Shown here: piece after piece, positions 31,809-40,533 of the stretch
How positions within the stretch are numbered: the stretch's first letter is position 1
How the letters are laid out: the number at the start of each line of letters is the position of its first letter
Assembly: GCA_017453445.1 (NCBI GenBank)
Contig: JAFTEX010000104.1
Span: forward strand, 1,174 to 65,173
Direction of reading: 5' to 3'
DNA length: 64,000 nucleotides
Origin: Bacteroidaceae bacterium
GTDB taxonomy: Bacteria; Bacteroidota; Bacteroidia; Bacteroidales; Bacteroidaceae
Translations under genes and position numbers: made by a program
The notes under the pieces: generated by a model
Told to the model about the DNA's origin: nothing
The model's input: the letters and a program-made list of their open reading frames with translations, nothing else
Database searches by the model: none

Positions 31809-32528
31809 ATGAACGGAGAGAAGGATTTTCAGTTTGAGATTTGCGCCAACGGCGTTGAGAGCTGCCTTGCAGCCCAGGAGGGCGGTGCCGACCGCGTGGA
31901 ACTTTGCGCAGCCATACCCGAGGGGGGCACGACCCCCTCTTTCGGCGAGATACGACAAGCCCGGAGTTTGTTGACACACACCCGACTGCATGTCATCATC
32001 CGCCCACGCGGCGGCAATTTTGTGTACTCCGCGGCAGAACTGGAACGGATGGAGGCCGACATTGAGATGTGCCGGCAACTGGGGGCCGACGGCGTGGTGT
32101 TTGGCTGCCTGACTCCCGAGGGGGAGGTAGACAGGGCGGCCTGCCAACGCCTGATTACGGCTGCGCAGGGCATGTCCGTCACCTTTCACCGCGCATTCGA
32201 CCGCGTGAAGAATCCTTTTGCGGCCATGGAGGACATCATTTCATTGGGCTTCAACCGCATTCTGACCTCTGGCCAACAGCCCACAGCCGAGCGGGGGATT
32301 CCTCTGCTGCGCGAGTTGCAGGAACGGGCGCTCGGGCGCATCACGCTGCTGGCCGGCAGCGGAGTGAACGAGAGCAACATTGCCCGTATACAGCGCGAAA
32401 CGGGAATCCGCGAGTTCCACTTCTCGGCCCGGGAAGCCGTCCCCGCTGACTCTGACCCGATGTTCGGCGACATTGCCCGCACCACGGCGGAGCGTGTAAG
32501 AAATACCATCAAACAACTGAAGCCTTAG
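31809..32528 (+). CDS. cutC: Copper homeostasis protein CutC
   Basis: Blocks FEICANGVESCLAAQEGGADRVELC...EGGTTPS...VIIRPRGGNFVYS...VTFHRAFD...ILTSG. The start is set at MNGEKD; the longer ORF overlaps the divergent gene. Confidence 0.85.
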   Translation: MNGEKDFQFEICANGVESCLAAQEGGADRVELCAAIPEGGTTPSFGEIRQARSLLTHTRLHVIIRPRGGNFVYSAAELERMEADIEMCRQLGADGVVFGCLTPEGEVDRAACQRLITAAQGMSVTFHRAFDRVKNPFAAMEDIISLGFNRILTSGQQPTAERGIPLLRELQERALGRITLLAGSGVNESNIARIQRETGIREFHFSAREAVPADSDPMFGDIARTTAERVRNTIKQLKP

Positions 32529-32543
32529 TTAATCCATCACGAC

Positions 32544-35159
32544 ATGAAACGACCCATTCAGCTCTTTTTGTCCCTCGTGCTCATTGCCTTACGTTGCACG
32601 GCACAGTCCAACCCGCATTTTATCACCGACAATGCCTATCGGGCAACGGTGTTCCAGGCCTACGAAAGCAAAAGAAATATCATCGGCGACAGGTACGTCC
32701 GCCCCATCGAGGAACTCCAGGATACCAAAGAAATGGAGGCCCTGCGCTTCCTCTATGCCTACATGCCGCTTTCCGACATCACGGACTACCCCCTCCCGTT
32801 CCACCTGCTGAACGTAAGGGCCAGTTTCCGTGCGCAGCAGGAGATGCCTTGGGGGCAAGACGTACCCGAGTTGCTGTTCCGCCACTTTGTGCTCCCCGTC
32901 CGTGTCAACAACGAGGCGCTGGACACCTCTCGCGTGGTTTTCTACCGGGAACTGAAAGAGCGCGTGAAGGGAATGTCCATGAAGGAAGCCGTGCTGGAAG
33001 TGAACCATTGGTGCCATGAGCGAGTGACCTATGCCCCCTCCGACGGCCGCACGCTCTCCCCCCTGGCCTGCATCAAGAACGCTCTGGGACGGTGCGGCGA
33101 AGAGAGCACTCTGACCGTGGCCGCCCTGCGCAGCATTGGCATCCCTGCCCGACAGGTCTACACTCCCCGTTGGGCTCACACCGACGACAACCACGCATGG
33201 GTGGAGGCCTGGGCCGACGGCACATGGTATTTCCTCGGGGCCTGCGAACCGGAGCCTGTGCTCAACCTGGGTTGGTTCAACGCCCCAGCCTCACGGGCCA
33301 TGCTGATGCACACTCGCGCCTTTGGCGACTACAACGGAGCAGAGGAGGTCATGCTGCGCACCTCGTGCTTCACTGAAATCAACCTCATCGACAACTACGG
33401 CAGCAGTGCCCGCATCGACTTCCGCATACTCGACCGCAAAGGCCATCCAGTCAACGACGCGCGGGTCGATTTCAAAATCTACAATTATGCCGAGTTCTGC
33501 ACCGTGGCCACCAAGTACACGGACAAGAAAGGAACCACGTTCCTGACCGCCGGCAAGGGCGACATGCTCGTCTGGGCCTCGAAAGACGGACAATACGGCT
33601 ATGCCAAAGCGTCGTTCGGACGCGACAAACGCATCACCATCAAACTGGGGTCCGTCCCCTCTGAGCAGGAACTGGACATCGTGCCGCCCGCCGAACGCGT
33701 ACTGATACCCGAAGTCCCCGTCGAACTGCGCAAGGAGAACCAGCGGCGTCTGGCCTACGAAGACTCGCTGCGCCATGCTTACGAGGCCACCTTCATGCCG
33801 CGCAACATGGCCCTGCGATATAGCGCACGATTTGCCGACCTGCTGGTCAAGAGCCGAGGCAACTGGCCCACGATATTGACTTTCATCGAGAACCATCGCG
33901 GACAGGAGGAACGGGCATACAAACTGCTTTCCTCACTCACGGACAAGGACCTGCGCGACATGCCTATGGAGATTCTGGACGACAACATGAACGCCGAGAG
34001 CGACCAACTTTGCCCGCGCGTGGAGAACGAAATGATAATCCGCCCCTTCAAGCACCTCTTCGAGAAGGCATTCGACACGGGAACAAGACAGGAGATGAAG
34101 ACCGTCCCCTCGCGGTTGGTGAAGTGGGTGAAGGAGAACATTCACCTGAACCCGGACAAGAAAGCCCTGCGCATCGCCCAGACCCCTGCAGGCGTATGGG
34201 AGTCGAGGGTGACCGACACGCGCAGCCGCGACATTTTCTTTGTCACCCTGGCGCGTTCCTTGGGCATCGAGGCCCGCAAGGATGTCGTGACGGGCAAGGT
34301 GCAATACCGCAAACAAGCGGAGGGGAAATGGGTGGACGTCGACTTTGAGGCGGCCGTTCAGACCGTAAGCAAGCAGGGCACACTGGTGCTGACCTACGAA
34401 CCGACCAAACTGCTGGACGACCCGAAATACTATAGCCACTTCACGCTTTCACGCATCACGCCCTCTGGGGCCACCAACCTGCTGAACTTCGAAGAGGGAC
34501 AGGTGGACATGGGCGGAGGCACCAGTTGGACCACCACATTCCGCAACGGCACTCCTCTGGATGCCGGCACCTACCTCCTCACTACGGGCACACGCCTGGC
34601 CAACGGCAGCGTCTTGGCCACGAACCGCATCTTCACCGTGGAGGAAGGCCGCACCACTACCCTTCCGCTCCGTCTTCGCCAAAGCGAGACAGAGGTCTGC
34701 GTCATTGGCTATTTCGATGCCGAGTCGCGCTACACGCCACTCGCTTCACGGCAACCGGGCAGTCCTGTTTCCATTCTGTCGCAGACGGGACGCGGATATT
34801 TCGTGGTCGGCCTCGTCGGCATGGGCCAGGAACCCACTAACCATGCCCTCCGCGACATTGCCAAGGTGGCAAACGATTTCGACCAGTGGGGACGCCCCCT
34901 GTTATTACTCTTCGAAAGCGAGGAAGAGGCGCAGAAGTTCCGAGAAGAAGACTTCGGGCAACTACCGAAGAACACGCTTTTCGGCATTGACCGTGACGGT
35001 TCCATCCGTCGTCAGATAGCCACCCAGATGAAAATGCAGTCCGGTGGCCAGTTACCCGTCTTCATCATTGCCGACACGTTCAATCGCGTCGTCTTCTGTT
35101 CCGAAGGCTACACCATCGGACTCGGCGAACAACTGCAACGGGTGATAAAGAAACTGTAA
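32544..35159 (+). CDS. Transglutaminase-like domain protein with C-terminal thioredoxin-like region
   Basis: The transglutaminase core is GRCGEESTLTVAALRSIGIPARQVYTPRWAHTDDNHAWVEAW (Cys/His/Asp). The protein is 871 aa with signal peptide MKRPIQLFLSLVLIALRCTAQ. Confidence 0.75.
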   Translation: MKRPIQLFLSLVLIALRCTAQSNPHFITDNAYRATVFQAYESKRNIIGDRYVRPIEELQDTKEMEALRFLYAYMPLSDITDYPLPFHLLNVRASFRAQQEMPWGQDVPELLFRHFVLPVRVNNEALDTSRVVFYRELKERVKGMSMKEAVLEVNHWCHERVTYAPSDGRTLSPLACIKNALGRCGEESTLTVAALRSIGIPARQVYTPRWAHTDDNHAWVEAWADGTWYFLGACEPEPVLNLGWFNAPASRAMLMHTRAFGDYNGAEEVMLRTSCFTEINLIDNYGSSARIDFRILDRKGHPVNDARVDFKIYNYAEFCTVATKYTDKKGTTFLTAGKGDMLVWASKDGQYGYAKASFGRDKRITIKLGSVPSEQELDIVPPAERVLIPEVPVELRKENQRRLAYEDSLRHAYEATFMPRNMALRYSARFADLLVKSRGNWPTILTFIENHRGQEERAYKLLSSLTDKDLRDMPMEILDDNMNAESDQLCPRVENEMIIRPFKHLFEKAFDTGTRQEMKTVPSRLVKWVKENIHLNPDKKALRIAQTPAGVWESRVTDTRSRDIFFVTLARSLGIEARKDVVTGKVQYRKQAEGKWVDVDFEAAVQTVSKQGTLVLTYEPTKLLDDPKYYSHFTLSRITPSGATNLLNFEEGQVDMGGGTSWTTTFRNGTPLDAGTYLLTTGTRLANGSVLATNRIFTVEEGRTTTLPLRLRQSETEVCVIGYFDAESRYTPLASRQPGSPVSILSQTGRGYFVVGLVGMGQEPTNHALRDIAKVANDFDQWGRPLLLLFESEEEAQKFREEDFGQLPKNTLFGIDRDGSIRRQIATQMKMQSGGQLPVFIIADTFNRVVFCSEGYTIGLGEQLQRVIKKL

Positions 35160-35176
35160 GAAGCAAATAGTACAAT

Positions 35177-35668
35177 ATGCGAGACTTTGCAGCCATAGAC
35201 TTTGAGACGGCTAACAATGAGCGCAGCAGTGTTTGCTCTGTCGGCATCGTCATTGTTCGCGGTGGCGAGATTGTGGATTCGTTCTATTCCCTCATTCAGC
35301 CCGAGCCGAACTATTACAACTATTGGTGCTCGCAGGTTCATGGCCTATGCTGTGCCGACACCGACGAGGCACCAGTCTTCCCCAAAGTGTGGCGGCAGAT
35401 AGAGCCGTTGATTGAGGGGCTTCCCCTTGTGGCCCACAACAAGCCCTTCGACGAAGGCTGCCTGAAAGCCGTGTTCCGTGTCTATCAGATGGACTATCCC
35501 GATTATGAGTTCTACGACACCCTTTGTGTGTCACGGCGTACTTTCCCCTATCTGGAGAACCACCAACTACATACCGTCGCGGCAGAATGTGGCTACTGCC
35601 TGGAGAATCATCACCATGCCCTTGCCGACGCCGAAGCCTGTGCTGCAATTGCATTGAAGATACTGTAA
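35177..35668 (+). CDS. DnaQ-like 3'-5' exonuclease
   Basis: Exo motifs are AIDFETAN (Exo I), VAHNKPFDEGCL (Exo II) and HHALADAEACA (Exo III). Confidence 0.85.
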   Translation: MRDFAAIDFETANNERSSVCSVGIVIVRGGEIVDSFYSLIQPEPNYYNYWCSQVHGLCCADTDEAPVFPKVWRQIEPLIEGLPLVAHNKPFDEGCLKAVFRVYQMDYPDYEFYDTLCVSRRTFPYLENHQLHTVAAECGYCLENHHHALADAEACAAIALKIL

Positions 35669-35724
35669 ATTATTCATCGAGGGGATGGAGTGTGCGCGCT
35701 CAAAAGCGTATTTCTTCAGCCGAT

Positions 35725-35799
35725 GGTACGCAGGCGTCCCGCCTGCGGTCAGGATGGACTTTTGGTAATTAAGGACCGCAGGCGAGACGCCTGCGTACC
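35725..35799. repeat. Nested palindrome: two 26-nt arms complementary at 25/26 positions, each arm itself a 7-bp hairpin
   Basis: The arms are ggtacGCAGGCGtccCGCCTGCggtc (35725-35750) and gaccGCAGGCGagaCGCCTGCgtacc (35774-35799), with a 23-nt AT-rich loop. Confidence 0.9.
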
Positions 35800-35823
35800 A
35801 CCCAGCCCCGTTTACCGCAGAAT

Positions 35824-35867
35824 TAAAGAAGTCCCGCAGACAGAAATTCCTGACTGCGGGACTTTAA
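35824..35867. terminator. Hairpin terminator downstream of tRNA-Arg
   Basis: gtcccgcag (35831-35839) pairs with ctgcgggac (35854-35862). The stem is extended by aaag/cttt with a 2-nt bulge. Confidence 0.6.
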
Positions 35868-35893
35868 TGGTTGAGCCTTTACTTATAAAGAAG

Positions 35894-35965
35894 TACACCC
35901 GTAGGGAATCGAACCCTAATCTGAAGAACCGGAATCTTCCATTCTATCCATTGAACTACGGGTGC
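35894..35965 (-). tRNA. tRNA-Arg (anticodon CCG)
   Basis: Hand-folded 72-nt cloverleaf. The acceptor stem is GCACCCG/CGGGTGT (G1-U71 wobble) with discriminator A. The D arm is GTTC/GAAT with loop AATGGATA. The anticodon stem is GAAGA/TCTTC with loop TTCCGGT. The T arm is TAGGG/CCCTA with loop TTCGATT. CCA is not encoded. Confidence 0.9.
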
Positions 35966-35995
35966 ATTTCTGCCGTGTCCGACTCAAAACGACTG

Positions 35996-36003
35996 CAAAA
36001 GTA
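35996..36003 (-). promoter_or_regulatory. Candidate -7 box (tacttttg) for the tRNA
   Basis: TAnnTTTG on the minus strand, 31 nt upstream of the tRNA 5' end. Confidence 0.4.
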
Positions 36004-36048
36004 AGAAAAAGGTCGTAGACGAGCAAGCATTTGGGCAGAAAATATTAT

Positions 36049-36086
36049 GGAGACAAGGAAATCCACCATGGGAACACCTTGTCTCC
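36049..36086. terminator. Hairpin terminator of the MFS transporter gene
   Basis: ggagacaagg (36049-36058) pairs with ccttgtctcc (36077-36086). A U-rich tail (ataatatttt) follows on the minus strand. Confidence 0.7.
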
Positions 36087-36094
36087 ACCCTAAT

Positions 36095-37714
36095 TTATGC
36101 CTTGATGTTAGGTTCTTCCAGTCCGATGCCCTTCTTGCGGTCCACCACTTTCAGTACAAGACCGAGAATGAGAGCCAGCACGCCCAGCGAGGCCAGCATC
36201 ACCAGGGGAGCCGTGTAGTCGAACTGCGTCGGGTCGGTCACGCCTGGATTGGTTTTGTCGAGCACCTTGCCAATGAGCAGGGGGAAAAGCCAAAGGCCGA
36301 TGTTCTGAATCCAGAATATCAGGGCGTAGGCGGAACCAATGACCTTGGCATCGACCAGCTTGGGCACACTGGGCCACAGCGAGGCAGGAACGAGCGAGAA
36401 GGAGGCTCCGAGCACCAAGATGGTGATGTAGGCAACGGCAATGCCACCGACAGCACTGCCCTTGAACATCGGGAGCACAAAGGCGAAGGTCAGGTGGCAG
36501 GCTATGAGCAGGAGGGAACCGAGCACAAGCATGGAGGCTGCCTTGCCCTTGTGGTCGACGTACGAACCCAAGATGGGGGTAATCAGCACGGCCAGCAAGG
36601 GGAAGACGGCGAAGATTGATTCGGCCGACTGACGCATATAGCCCATGTAGCAATACGTGACGAGGGCCACGACCGAAAGTGTCAGCAGACCGTATTGAGC
36701 CGCCTTGCGCTTCTGGAAATTAGAGGCAAAGCCTGCGGCTGCCACCACAAGCATGATTACGTACTGGACAATCGTCACCGTAGAACTGGCCCAGAACGAA
36801 TCACTGGCGGGTTCCGTCAGGCTCAGGTTGCACTGAAGCATGTTGACGGCATACTTCTGGAAGGGGAAGATGGCCGAGTAGTAGAGTACGCAAAGCAGCG
36901 CCACCAACCAGAAGCCCGAATCGGTGAGAATCTTGCCCAGGTCGGACACCTTGAACGGGTCGTCCTTCTCCTCGGCCTCGCCAGTCTGTGCGTCCAGTTT
37001 CTTGTCCATGAAGAAATAGACGATGGTCATCATCAAGGCGATGCACAACAGCACCACGCCAAAGGCTACCGAGCGGCTCACATCCACCTGGCCTCCCAAC
37101 TTGGCAAAGAAGGGAGAGAATATCATGCACGTGGCCACGCCCAGTCGGGCCAGGGCCATCTCGCTACCCATGGCCAAAGCCATCTCGCGACCCTTGAACC
37201 ACTTCACGATGCCTCGGCTCACGGTGATGCCAGCCATCTCGACACCACAGCCAAAAATCATGAAACCGCTTGCAGCCAGTTTGGCCGATGCGGGCATTCC
37301 CTCATAGAAGGGCGACACGCCGAGTTCGTCAAAGACGGGAATGTAGTTGAGATGGTTGGTGAACCACACCTCCAGTCCACTCCCGATGAAAGCATCGCTC
37401 ACGGCATACCACTTTATCACGGCTCCCACCAGCATCACTGCGGCAGACAACAAGGCCGTGAAGCGCACCCCCATCTTGTCCAGAATGATGCCGGCAAAGA
37501 TGAGGAAGAAGACAAACACATTCAGGAACACCTCAGAGCCCTGCATCGTGCCAAAGGCCGTCGAGTCCCATCCGCGTGTCTCCTGCATCAAATCCTTGAT
37601 GGGCGACAAGATGTCCATGAAGATGTAGCTGCAAAACATGGCCAGGGCCAGCAGCAAAAGGGCAGTCCACCGCATCGCGGCACTGTCCCGTAACGTTTTG
37701 ATTTGTTCTGACAT
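36095..37714 (-). CDS. MFS transporter
   Basis: 539-aa polytopic ORF with about 12-14 hydrophobic segments. The start is set at MSEQIKTLRD. Confidence 0.8.
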   Translation of the reverse strand: MSEQIKTLRDSAAMRWTALLLLALAMFCSYIFMDILSPIKDLMQETRGWDSTAFGTMQGSEVFLNVFVFFLIFAGIILDKMGVRFTALLSAAVMLVGAVIKWYAVSDAFIGSGLEVWFTNHLNYIPVFDELGVSPFYEGMPASAKLAASGFMIFGCGVEMAGITVSRGIVKWFKGREMALAMGSEMALARLGVATCMIFSPFFAKLGGQVDVSRSVAFGVVLLCIALMMTIVYFFMDKKLDAQTGEAEEKDDPFKVSDLGKILTDSGFWLVALLCVLYYSAIFPFQKYAVNMLQCNLSLTEPASDSFWASSTVTIVQYVIMLVVAAAGFASNFQKRKAAQYGLLTLSVVALVTYCYMGYMRQSAESIFAVFPLLAVLITPILGSYVDHKGKAASMLVLGSLLLIACHLTFAFVLPMFKGSAVGGIAVAYITILVLGASFSLVPASLWPSVPKLVDAKVIGSAYALIFWIQNIGLWLFPLLIGKVLDKTNPGVTDPTQFDYTAPLVMLASLGVLALILGLVLKVVDRKKGIGLEEPNIKA

Positions 37715-37788
37715 AATCGTTTCTCTTTTTCTTTTATGTTTTATTAATGTTTCAGCGTACGCAGATGCGATTGGGCGCAAAGTCCCTG

Positions 37789-37796
37789 CAAAGTTA
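37789..37796 (-). promoter_or_regulatory. Candidate -7 box (taactttg) for the MFS gene
   Basis: TAnnTTTG on the minus strand, 75 nt upstream of the start. Confidence 0.45.
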
Positions 37797-37872
37797 CAGA
37801 AAATTCATGACATACGCACCCACACGGCTAAGAAAATAATACGAAATAGTGGGGATATTGGGGAAAAATGGT

Positions 37873-37880
37873 TAACTTTG
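37873..37880 (+). promoter_or_regulatory. Candidate -7 box (taactttg) for the DUF4835-recN operon
   Basis: TAnnTTTG 30 nt upstream of the ATG at 37910. Confidence 0.5.
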
Positions 37881-37909
37881 TAGTCGGAAATAACGTGAAC
37901 GGAAAAGGT

Positions 37910-38818
37910 ATGATGCGACGAATAGTACTTATCACAATAGCAGCCGCGGTGCTCGCAGGGGGCACTTCACAGGCTCAGGAACTTAGGGCAAAGGTCGTGG
38001 TGAACACAGCGCAACTGTCGAACACGAAGACAGAAGTCTTCGATGCACTGAAGGAGAAGGCTGAAACGTTCCTTAACGACCACCGATGGAGCGACCTGCA
38101 GTTTCGGGAGTCGGAGAAGATTGAGTGCAACTTCAACATCACCGTGAACAGTTGGGAGGAATCGACGGGCCTGATAAAGGGGACGCTGCTGATGACGAGC
38201 AGCCGCCCAGTGTTCAACAGTTCGTACAACACAACGCTCTACAGCGTGAAGGACGGCGACTTCCAGTTCAACTTCCAGGCGACCGACCAACTGGAATGGA
38301 ACCCCGAATATGTGGACAACAATCTGACCGCCATACTGGCCTATTATGCCTACATGATAATCGGCTACGACATGGACTCGATGGCCCCGCTCGGAGGAAC
38401 GACGTACCTGCAGACGGCAGAAAACATCGTCACGAACGCTCAGAGCCTGGGCTTCCCCGGCTGGGCCTCGTTCAGCGACAACAAGAACCGCTTCGGACTG
38501 CTGAACGACTACCTCGACGGCTCGATGGAGGATTACAGGCAACTCATCTACAAGTATCACCGCGAGGGACTGGACCAAATGGCCGACAATGCGGAAACGG
38601 CACGGGCGGCCATCACCGAGGCTCTCGGGCTTCTGGAGGCTTCGAAAGATGCCCGCACCATGAGCCAGCTGCCAGTACTCTTCACGGAATACAAGCGTGA
38701 CGAACTGGTGAACATCTACAGCGGTCGCGGCACCAGTCAGGAGAAAGAGACGGCTTACAAAATCCTATTTGGCATAAACACCTCATTAAGCGAATATTGG
38801 GACAAATTAAAAAAGTAA
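37910..38818 (+). CDS. DUF4835 family protein (T9SS PorD-like)
   Basis: Blocks ELRAKVVVNTAQLSNTKTEVFDALKEKAETFLNDHRW...ECNFNITV and AILAYYAYMIIGYDMDS are typical of DUF4835. The position immediately before recN is conserved. Confidence 0.75.
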   Translation: MMRRIVLITIAAAVLAGGTSQAQELRAKVVVNTAQLSNTKTEVFDALKEKAETFLNDHRWSDLQFRESEKIECNFNITVNSWEESTGLIKGTLLMTSSRPVFNSSYNTTLYSVKDGDFQFNFQATDQLEWNPEYVDNNLTAILAYYAYMIIGYDMDSMAPLGGTTYLQTAENIVTNAQSLGFPGWASFSDNKNRFGLLNDYLDGSMEDYRQLIYKYHREGLDQMADNAETARAAITEALGLLEASKDARTMSQLPVLFTEYKRDELVNIYSGRGTSQEKETAYKILFGINTSLSEYWDKLKK

Positions 38819-40485
38819 TGATTACATCCCTCCATATACAAAACTACGCCCTAATTGAACAATTGGACATTGAGTTCGGCAGCGGATTCTCTGTCATAAC
38901 GGGAGAGACGGGCGCTGGAAAGAGCATCCTCTTGGGAGCCATCGGACTGCTGCTCGGGCAGCGAGCCGACCTGCGCATGATAAAGGCGGGCGCACAACGC
39001 TGCATCATCGAGGCAAGGTTCGATTTGTCGCAATACGACTTTGCCGACTATTTCTCCGCCCACGACCTGGACTTCGACGGCGAGGAGTGCATCATCCGGC
39101 GCGAACTCACAGCCACCGGCAAGTCGCGTGCCTTCATCAACGACACCCCGACATCGCTCACAGACCTGAAAGAACTGGGCGACCAACTCATCGACATTCA
39201 CAGCCAGCACCAGAACTTGCTGCTTAACCGCGAAGGGTTCCAACTGAACGTGCTCGATGCCGTGGCCAAGGACCAGACGCTCCTGGCCGAATATCGGACG
39301 ACGTACAAAGCCTACGTACAGGCCAAGGATGCGCTCAGAAGGGAACAGGAGGAATACGAGCGAGGCAAGGAAGAACTGGACTACATCGCCTTCCAGCACC
39401 AGCAACTGGCAGAAGCGGAACTATCGGAAGACGAAGAAGAGGCACTGGAGCAGGAACTGAACACCCTGGAACATGCCGAAGAAATCAAGTCGGCACTCTA
39501 CCAGAGTTACTCACAGCTCGACGGCGAGGAGGCCGGAGCGGTGAGTCTGATTCGGGATGCGTCACGACGGGTGGAGGCCATCGCGGGCGTGTATAGCCCC
39601 GCGCAAGAACTGGCCGAGAGACTGGAGAGTTGCTACATCGAACTGAGGGACGTCGCCAACGAACTCTCAAGCGGAGCGGAACAGGTGGAGTACGACCCGG
39701 AACGGCTGACATTTGTCAACGAGCGCATCTCCCAACTTCATGCACTGAAGCAAAAGTTCCACAAGGAAAGCGTGGCCGAACTCATTGCCCTGCGGGAAGA
39801 TTTAGGGCAGCAATTGTCCCGTATCCAGCACAGCGACACAAGGATTCACGATTTAGAGAAAGAAATCGATAAAATCTCACAGCAACTTGATACAAAAGCA
39901 AATAAACTGACATCGATTCGAACGAAAGCGGCGAAGGTTGTCGAAAAGGAGATGCAAAGCCGATTGGTTCCCTTGGGTATGCCCAACGTCAGGTTTCAGG
40001 TCGGCTTGGCTGCCGAGGAGAGTTTCACGGTGCATGGGCGCGACAAGGTCTCCTTCCTGTTTTCCGCCAACAAGAACGTACCCCTGCAACCCATCTCCCA
40101 AGTGGCCAGCGGAGGTGAGATTTCCCGTCTGATGCTTTCGCTGAAGGCTCTGATTAGCGGTGTGGAGAAACTGCCCACCATCATCTTCGACGAGATTGAC
40201 ACGGGCGTCTCGGGACACATTGCCGAACAAATGGCAAAGATTATGAAGGAAATGGGAGACGGACAGCATCGGCAAGTTATCTGCATCACCCACCTACCCC
40301 AAATCGCCGCCATGGGAAGCCGGCACTATCGGGTCTACAAGACGGACGAGTCGGACAGCACGACCAGCCACATCGTGAGCCTCTCGACAGAAGAACGTGT
40401 CGAGGAACTGGCCCGAATGCTTTCAGGAAGCACGCTGACACAGGCAGCCATCGACAACGCCCGCGCACTGTTGGGCATCGCATAA
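38818..40485 (+). CDS. recN: DNA repair protein RecN
   Basis: N-terminal block LHIQNYALIEQLDIEFGSGFSVITGETGAGKSIL, a coiled-coil middle, and C-terminal blocks ASGGEISRLMLSLKA and IFDEIDTGVSG. The ATG overlaps the upstream TAA. Confidence 0.9.
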   Translation: MITSLHIQNYALIEQLDIEFGSGFSVITGETGAGKSILLGAIGLLLGQRADLRMIKAGAQRCIIEARFDLSQYDFADYFSAHDLDFDGEECIIRRELTATGKSRAFINDTPTSLTDLKELGDQLIDIHSQHQNLLLNREGFQLNVLDAVAKDQTLLAEYRTTYKAYVQAKDALRREQEEYERGKEELDYIAFQHQQLAEAELSEDEEEALEQELNTLEHAEEIKSALYQSYSQLDGEEAGAVSLIRDASRRVEAIAGVYSPAQELAERLESCYIELRDVANELSSGAEQVEYDPERLTFVNERISQLHALKQKFHKESVAELIALREDLGQQLSRIQHSDTRIHDLEKEIDKISQQLDTKANKLTSIRTKAAKVVEKEMQSRLVPLGMPNVRFQVGLAAEESFTVHGRDKVSFLFSANKNVPLQPISQVASGGEISRLMLSLKALISGVEKLPTIIFDEIDTGVSGHIAEQMAKIMKEMGDGQHRQVICITHLPQIAAMGSRHYRVYKTDESDSTTSHIVSLSTEERVEELARMLSGSTLTQAAIDNARALLGIA

Positions 40486-40533
40486 GTTAAAGGATAATGG
40501 TCCGGACAGGACCGCAAACAAGTAAAAAGGAAA

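Noticed and set aside
35690-36004. 104-aa plus-strand ORF
   Set aside because: It runs through the nested palindrome, the terminator hairpin and the tRNA-Arg gene on the opposite strand, and has no coding signature.
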